A program made the position numbers and the translations under genes. A stretch of 39,943 nt of DNA from Actinomycetota bacterium (lineage in GTDB: Bacteria; Actinomycetota; Humimicrobiia; Humimicrobiales; Humimicrobiaceae), in NCBI GenBank assembly GCA_028697935.1, contig JAQVEM010000001.1, positions 2,475 through 42,417 on the forward strand, read 5' to 3'. Positions within the stretch are counted from its first letter, which is position 1, and every line of letters begins with the position of its first letter. Under the pieces are notes generated by a model that worked only from the letters and a program-made list of their open reading frames with translations, was not told the origin of the DNA and did not search any database. Below, one piece after another: positions 34,495 through 39,943 of the stretch.

Positions 34495-35637
34495 CTATTT
34501 CTTTAATATATTTTCTAATTTTATGCGCATTTTGTCCCAGGTATAAGGTGTATAATTAAAATAAGGATTATCATATTCACCTTTTATAATTTTGATAATC
34601 CCTTCTTTTATTTCTTGTACAGAATTTTTTACCCATACTACTCCTTTTGCTTCCTTAACATATTTAATTGTAGGCGAATTTTCATTATTATAAATAAAAA
34701 GAACGGGTTTCCCAGAAGCGAGTGTTTCCAGGGTTTTCCCTGGTACCTGATATCCATATTCATTATCAAAAAGAATTAATGCATTAGTTTGTGCAGTGAT
34801 GTAACTTAGTTTTTCCCTATTTATAGCTTTATGGTAAACAATCTTAGGAGATGGTTTGGGTCTGTTACTTCTTTTGAAATTTCCATAAATTTCTAGTTTA
34901 CAGTCACATTCAGTTAATTCAAACGCTTGATATAAATTAATAGGATTGCGCGCCCTTGAATAAAATATACCAGCATACAGAAAAGTAAAATGATTTTTAC
35001 TTGTATTAGATAATTCTTTTACTTTATTGATAAAATCTTTATCCACACCCTGTTCAATTACTTGAAATTTCTCACTAAATTCTGGATATATTTGTCGGTA
35101 GCGAATTTGGATTCCTTCATCTAAAACAATAATGTGGTCAAAGTATGGAAATGCCTTATTTTCAATATATTTAGCTAGCCTGGTTCGGTATGGTCTGTTC
35201 CTATATATCATATTAAAGGAAAAGGGATCTGACATATCAGCAATCAGTTGTAAGGAAGGATAGTTTGTTTTTATCCATCTCCCAAGAAGTAACAATGAAA
35301 AAGGCGTAACACCAATTATTATATTTTTAACATTGTTAACAGATAAAATGTCTCTTAACTTTCTTTTATATTGATTTAATCTAAATATATAAACATCTGG
35401 AAATACAATTCTTCTCATTATCCCATTATAAACATAATAAAACAGTGGATTAATTTTTTGCTTAACAGTGTAAGTTTCCCAACTCTCCAATTTATCGCTC
35501 ATTGGAGAATAAAATAAACTAATATTCTTATGCTGTATTTCAGAAGATTGCGAAATAAAAAGACCAGCATATCTTGCCCCCAGCGCAGAAGAAAGTAAAA
35601 TATCACAGCTTATAAACAAAATTTCATAATTTTCCAT
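34495..35637 (-). CDS. Glycosyltransferase (GT-B fold, family 4-like)
   Basis: 380-aa ORF of two-domain size. It has a C-terminal nucleotide-sugar domain block QVPGKTLETLASGKPVLFIY. Confidence 0.55.
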   Translation of the reverse strand: MENYEILFISCDILLSSALGARYAGLFISQSSEIQHKNISLFYSPMSDKLESWETYTVKQKINPLFYYVYNGIMRRIVFPDVYIFRLNQYKRKLRDILSVNNVKNIIIGVTPFSLLLLGRWIKTNYPSLQLIADMSDPFSFNMIYRNRPYRTRLAKYIENKAFPYFDHIIVLDEGIQIRYRQIYPEFSEKFQVIEQGVDKDFINKVKELSNTSKNHFTFLYAGIFYSRARNPINLYQAFELTECDCKLEIYGNFKRSNRPKPSPKIVYHKAINREKLSYITAQTNALILFDNEYGYQVPGKTLETLASGKPVLFIYNNENSPTIKYVKEAKGVVWVKNSVQEIKEGIIKIIKGEYDNPYFNYTPYTWDKMRIKLENILKK

Positions 35638-35826
35638 TATATATCTCCTTACAATATTATCAGAGTTTTAAGGTAAATTTACAATAAAATAAAATATTAC
35701 TGGTTTTACAAAAATAGATATCAGACATATTAAGTAACCGATTATGCCATCATAATCACAAGAACGCTAAAAGAAAATATAGCAAGATAATAGGTAAATA
35801 GAATCTCCTCTTATAATATTTTCCCG

Positions 35827-37326
35827 TCATTGTATTCCCGCTTCTCTAACCTGATTTTCATGTTTTGGTAAATATAAGATATGATAGGGACATCTTGGAT
35901 CATCTTCTGCATCAGCAAGATATTGATCAACTTCCGCGACTGCCCAGTAATTATTGGTTGCATTAACATCGGCATAAACCATAGAAAAAGGATTTACAGA
36001 TCGCAAAATATAAATAAAGTAGTCGGTTGGTCCATAAAAATTATTATTAGTAATATTGTTTATTTCACCCGTTAAAAAAATACTCTTATTATAAGATTTA
36101 TAAAAATTGTTATAATGGATTTCATTATGTAAACTGGTATGAATTTTTGAATAATATAGATCATAATAATTATTACTAAATTCATTATATTCAATAATTC
36201 CACTACAATATTTATTGCTTATAGCAAAATAATTATCTTGGAAATAACAATTATTTATATAAAGGTTTTTAGCTTTTTCTGCCGAGACTGCTCTTTGAAT
36301 AATATCAATAGCTATACTCTTTGTAATATAAACACTTGTATCACTTCCATCTATATTGGAAATATAGACAATACCAGAGTTATTACAATTGTAAATAACT
36401 AAATATCTAACATCAACATTTCCTTGATTTATAGTAAAAGCTGTTCCACAATCTCTAAAGACCATATAATTCATCTCGCTTGAACTTACATTTATAGAAT
36501 TCAACGCATTATCTCCATAGCTTACAAACCCTGATTTTATGTTCACTTGTTCTCCATAGAAATTCACGGTAGAATAATAGTTATCAAAATCCATTGTAAT
36601 TTGAGCAGTGGAGTATATATCTTTACCTGAAGTTATCTTCCACATATCTTGGGAAGAGGTAAATTCTGGAGTAATAACAGCTCCAAAGAATTTTAGCATA
36701 CAGGCAGGATTGATAAAAATTTGAGTTCTGGGTTGGAATTCTACCGAAGACATAAAATTGACATCGGTAAGGACAAAATAGGAATGGTCGGATTTGAAGA
36801 TAGTGGGTTCACTTACAATGGTAGAGTTATAAGAAGTGGCAGGATAAAGCTCTATAGTGCCAAGATTATTATTTTCTTTTTCTTCTGCTCTAACGGAACA
36901 CAGGTATCTTATTCCCCAATCAGTTTTCCAGAGAACTAGATTATAGTTACCAGCTGTTAATGAGGGAAAGCTAAATTTTCCTTCTGCATCGGTGCTTACA
37001 ACTTTTAAGGGGTTAAAGTTACGATGGTCAAATTCAGTTTCTTGTGTTATCTGCACTCCAATTTGAGGATATTGTTGATTGATTCTCACCAGAGTAGTAT
37101 CTAAAACTGCAGTTTTATATAATGCTACAGTAACTCCAGCATAGTCAACTGGATTTAAGGAAGGATTATCGCTATCATTAACCAGCATCACGGTTCCAGA
37201 AATAGTTCCTTTATCTGCGTTTGTAGAGCAGGAATTACAAAGGAAGGCAAAAATGAGAACAATAAGGCTTATTAAAATGTAGGAATGAGGTTTTAAAATC
37301 GCCCTTGAGAAGTTTTTAATTTTCAT
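35827..37326 (-). CDS. Secreted or lipoprotein with a carboxypeptidase-regulatory-like domain and a right-handed beta-helix region
   Basis: Start chosen at MKIKNF (ATG 37326, preceded by AAGGAGGAAGG). The signal peptide ends in FAFLCNSCS (candidate lipobox Cys). GTISGTVMLV...TDAEGKFSFPSLTAGNYNLVLWK resembles a CarboxypepD_reg-like fold. The C-terminal half is rich in N/Y/I repeats typical of parallel beta-helix proteins. Confidence 0.5.
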   Translation of the reverse strand: MKIKNFSRAILKPHSYILISLIVLIFAFLCNSCSTNADKGTISGTVMLVNDSDNPSLNPVDYAGVTVALYKTAVLDTTLVRINQQYPQIGVQITQETEFDHRNFNPLKVVSTDAEGKFSFPSLTAGNYNLVLWKTDWGIRYLCSVRAEEKENNNLGTIELYPATSYNSTIVSEPTIFKSDHSYFVLTDVNFMSSVEFQPRTQIFINPACMLKFFGAVITPEFTSSQDMWKITSGKDIYSTAQITMDFDNYYSTVNFYGEQVNIKSGFVSYGDNALNSINVSSSEMNYMVFRDCGTAFTINQGNVDVRYLVIYNCNNSGIVYISNIDGSDTSVYITKSIAIDIIQRAVSAEKAKNLYINNCYFQDNYFAISNKYCSGIIEYNEFSNNYYDLYYSKIHTSLHNEIHYNNFYKSYNKSIFLTGEINNITNNNFYGPTDYFIYILRSVNPFSMVYADVNATNNYWAVAEVDQYLADAEDDPRCPYHILYLPKHENQVREAGIQ

Positions 37327-37859
37327 TATTCCTTCCTCCTTTTCCTTTTTTAGCATTATATCGTCAACCTACAGCTTCGCCTCCTCACTTATGCATTTCA
37401 TAGTGAGAAGTATATCTTATATATAGTTTTAGCTAATAATTCAACTCAAAATTAAATAAAAAAAGAGGATAAAGGAGGTAGATACAGGGAAAAATAGTTC
37501 GCAAGCAACTCAGATGGTAAGTTTGAGGATGGTAAATACAAAAAATAAACGGATACAAAATTCCGCTCGTGGTATTGCTGATAAGAAGTTCGTTCCTCCA
37601 TTAGCCTTGCATTCCTTTATTTAATTTTATTGTTGAGCATAATATAAACCTCTACTTTATCTGTCAATAATTTTTTAGCCTTTCTCCTGCCTTAAGAAGC
37701 AAACATATTGACAATAAGAGAGATATATTTATTAAATTAGTTCTCATTTATAATTTTTTATCATTTAATGGAGACACGAAAAACTTATCCAGAGCAACTA
37801 ATATCAAGTTCTGAAAATAACAAAAGGTCATAAGGAATCTTTCCTTTTTCAATTTAGGC

Positions 37860-39821
37860 TCAAACAATTACCTCTCCTTTCACCCAGCCCTCTTCTGGAT
37901 TAACTTCGGATATGATTAATTTAACTGAGTTATGCAGTGGTAAAATCTCCTCTGATTGGAGGAAGATATGTTTATCCCAATTAGTTATTTCAACTAGATA
38001 GCCATCTGTCATAGAACGGATAAGGATGGCATTAAGGGGTTGCTGAAGATATTTTCTCTGAAGAAAGCAAAGAAACCAATATTGTTCACTACGAGCAGCT
38101 ACAGTATGCAAATATAAAACTCGTTCTTCTATTACAGGTATTATAGTTCTCAATTCATCAGCAGAAAAAGGCGGTTTTCCCTTTTTTAGCAAAGCTTCAA
38201 ACTGAACTTGATTGATGATATCAGTAACCCTTCGGATCGGAGAAGTACTATGCAGATAGGCTTTTGAGCCAATTCCAGGGTGAAATCCTGCCTCAGTAGA
38301 AAGAAAAACCTGGTAATAATTATTAGAATCCTCATTCCAACCTTCTTCGTATTGAGCAATATTCCGGTAAATGCAGGGAAGTCCACTCGCAGAAGCGTAT
38401 TCAGCCAGAAAGCGATTATAAAGCACCATCAGTTCTTCAATCAATAAGCGGGAAGGACTATAAAAATCAATACATTCCATCATCAGTTCGCCATTTTTAC
38501 AGACCACATTCCATTCATATCTATTTTTCCCATTACTCTCAAATATCTTATGTCCTTGATTAATATTCCGCACTAACTGAAATAAAGATGAATGCTGGTT
38601 GTTACTTAAATAGCTATCCATATCTTTATAACTGAGGTTTTGTTTCACGCAGATATATTCTGATTTAAATTCCTCTTTTTGAATTTTGAATTGGTTATCC
38701 AAAAACAGATATAAAGACAGCACCTTTCTATTTTCTCCTGCTTTTAGACTGAAAACATCACTGGAAAAGGATGGCGGAAGCAAAGGAATAGTTTCGCAAG
38801 GAAGATATAAAGAGCTAACTCTTTCGCAAGCTTCGTTAAATACAGGAGAATTTAGAGGAAGTTGACCTCCTACATCACTGATATGAATACCCAAAATCCA
38901 TCCCTGCTTAAACTCTTGAAGTGAAATGGCATCATCATAATCGGGAGAATCTGCTGCATCTATAGTAAAGGCATCCAGATTTGCTATATTTTGTCTGCTG
39001 GATTTCTGCTTCAATTCAGCTTGCAATTTCCTCGCTTCTTCCAGCACTTCAGCACTGAAATTTATCGGAATGCCACTATCAGCAGCTATCTTGTCCGTAT
39101 TAGGAGATATATCACCCAGAAGCAAACGAATATTTCTGATTAATGTTCTCAATTTCTGATCGTTACTAAATTTACGGAGAATTTTTGCCAGGTCTTTAGG
39201 TGTGTTCCAACGAAGTAATTCTCTTAGTTCAGCAAGGAATCTTGTTCTGGATTCAGGTGCAAGTGAGGGAGAAATTTGATATTTTATGGTTGAAAAAGAA
39301 TACAGAGAAAGCAAAATATCCAGGTTAGCTTGCAGAAACCTTTCCACTTCTTGTAGAAAAATAGCTCTTTCTTTTGTTTCTGCTTCTTTTTTAAGGTATT
39401 TTAGGCGTTCTTCTTCATTGCGAAAAGAAAAGACCCCCTTTTTGTATTTAAGAAGGTCTTTTCTTTGCAAAATAAGCAAATAAAGGGCAAATCGTTCTAA
39501 ATCATCCTTATCTCCAAGATAGGAGTTTGCCTCATCAAAAGTGAAAGATTCCTTTCTTTCTTGCAATTGCTGAAGCCAAATTTCGCCTTGTTCTTCCATT
39601 TTAAATCTTATTTTATCCTTCAAATCCTTCAAAGTGTTAGAGGATAAAGGTTCATAGCATTTATCCGAAACAAGGATAAATCGTGCAGAAGGTAAAATAT
39701 AGCTTTCGCCCTCTTCACTTAGCACCTTCCAGTGTTTATTCTCTATCCCAGTTATTATGCCAAAATGGAGGTTCCCGTCCTGATAGAAGAGAACTATTTT
39801 CCCTATTTTAAGATTGACCAT
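37860..39821 (-). CDS. RNase II / RNase R family 3'-5' exoribonuclease (RNB domain)
   Basis: RNB motifs DAFTIDAADSPDYDDAISL and HSTSPIRRVTDIINQ. The start is set at Met18 (ATG 39821, AAGGA 5 nt upstream), because the tracked TTG extension is the tRNA gene read in frame. Confidence 0.85.
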   Translation of the reverse strand: MVNLKIGKIVLFYQDGNLHFGIITGIENKHWKVLSEEGESYILPSARFILVSDKCYEPLSSNTLKDLKDKIRFKMEEQGEIWLQQLQERKESFTFDEANSYLGDKDDLERFALYLLILQRKDLLKYKKGVFSFRNEEERLKYLKKEAETKERAIFLQEVERFLQANLDILLSLYSFSTIKYQISPSLAPESRTRFLAELRELLRWNTPKDLAKILRKFSNDQKLRTLIRNIRLLLGDISPNTDKIAADSGIPINFSAEVLEEARKLQAELKQKSSRQNIANLDAFTIDAADSPDYDDAISLQEFKQGWILGIHISDVGGQLPLNSPVFNEACERVSSLYLPCETIPLLPPSFSSDVFSLKAGENRKVLSLYLFLDNQFKIQKEEFKSEYICVKQNLSYKDMDSYLSNNQHSSLFQLVRNINQGHKIFESNGKNRYEWNVVCKNGELMMECIDFYSPSRLLIEELMVLYNRFLAEYASASGLPCIYRNIAQYEEGWNEDSNNYYQVFLSTEAGFHPGIGSKAYLHSTSPIRRVTDIINQVQFEALLKKGKPPFSADELRTIIPVIEERVLYLHTVAARSEQYWFLCFLQRKYLQQPLNAILIRSMTDGYLVEITNWDKHIFLQSEEILPLHNSVKLIISEVNPEEGWVKGEVIV

Positions 39822-39838
39822 ATAATCCTTTATATCTA

Positions 39839-39914
39839 TGGCGCCCCAGAGATGATTTGAACATCCGACCAACGGTTTAGGAAACCGCTGCTCTATCCTC
39901 TGAGCTACTGGGGC
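39839..39914 (-). tRNA. tRNA-Arg (anticodon CCT/CCU), CCA encoded
   Basis: The minus-strand 76-nt sequence is GCCCCAG TA GCTC AGAGGATA GAGC A GCGGT TTCCTAA ACCGT TGGTC GGATG TTCAAAT CATCT CTGGGGC G CCA. It folds into a canonical cloverleaf with a 7-bp acceptor, 4-bp D stem, 5-bp anticodon stem and 5-bp T stem with a TTCAAAT loop. Confidence 0.9.
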
Positions 39915-39943
39915 GTCTTTTCTTCTCCTATCCTTTGAAAATC

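Noticed and set aside
37447-37620. A possible 57-aa minus-strand small ORF (MEERTSYQQYHERNF...) in the 500-bp gap between the RNase and beta-helix genes, and a weak hairpin just after the RNase stop (about 37842-37856).
   Set aside because: The ORF is below the track threshold, has only a weak AAGG upstream, has an unremarkable composition and has no motif. The hairpin has only a 6-bp AT-rich stem without a clear T-tract. The evidence is insufficient to call either.
515-39483. All other plus-strand ORFs in the track: 515..754, 2029..2214, 4276..4467, 4930..5115, 5354..5542, 7313..7504, 8944..9207, 12621..12845, 14062..14361, 18894..19112, 20548..20736, 21091..21282, 21295..21477, 22549..22749, 30309..30746, 35881..36075, 36721..36939 and 39286..39483.
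   Set aside because: Each lies antisense to, and almost wholly within, a well-supported minus-strand gene. They have low-complexity AT-codon-rich translations and no recognisable motifs, which is typical of chance ORFs in AT-rich DNA.
39822-39872. N-terminal extensions proposed by the ORF track: TTG start of the RNase gene, GTG start at 19768, TTG start at 32896, the long forms starting at 16131 and 37356, and the GTG start at 5890.
   Set aside because: The extensions read through a tRNA gene, through repeat motifs or into neighbouring genes. Internal ATGs with Shine-Dalgarno-like sequences and family-typical N-termini are available.

Overview
Visibly AT-rich bacterial chromosomal window in which every supportable gene lies on the minus strand. 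All plus-strand ORFs in the track look like antisense artefacts. About 37 kb is one large surface-polysaccharide (O-antigen or capsule type) locus. It contains a Wzx-type flippase, a Wzy/O-antigen-ligase-like membrane protein and several GT-B glycosyltransferases. It also contains an FnlA/FnlB-like pair, a WecB-like 2-epimerase, two further SDR sugar-nucleotide enzymes, CE4 and PIG-L deacetylases, and an LpxD-like acyltransferase. Further genes are a CBS-nucleotidyltransferase, two CapK/F390-synthetase-like adenylating enzymes, two CapA-family proteins, and a decarboxylase / class-IV aminotransferase / HpcH-aldolase trio. The right edge carries a beta-helix lipoprotein, an RNase II/R-family gene and a tRNA-Arg(CCU).

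The locus is strongly mosaic. It holds at least six gene remnants: truncated glycosyltransferases, a decayed duplicate of a CapK-like 5' end, a frameshifted membrane-domain chimera, a FemAB/GNAT-like pseudogene, and two extra copies of an epimerase 5' end. There is also a probable IS3 OrfA relic.

The most unusual content is about 3.5 kb of ORF-free intergenic DNA built from units of about 30 nt. Each unit is three 7-mers phased every 9-10 bp. The units occur in several sequence dialects (ATCTGTG, ATCTGCG, TTCGGTG, AATTCGTG/AATTTGTG, and a minor TCTCAAC type). They are interleaved with shuffled AT-rich core modules of 40-150 bp.

Three small GxxExxY (PD-(D/E)XK-fold) genes sit inside these repeat landscapes, each next to a different dialect. 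Two of them are bracketed by inverted copies of that dialect, and non-coding cores are bracketed by the same kind of inverted arrays. This resembles the REP/RAYT (REPtron) arrangement, but with a nuclease-fold protein. It is my main candidate for an undescribed system. All homology calls are motif recognition by eye, and no searches were run.
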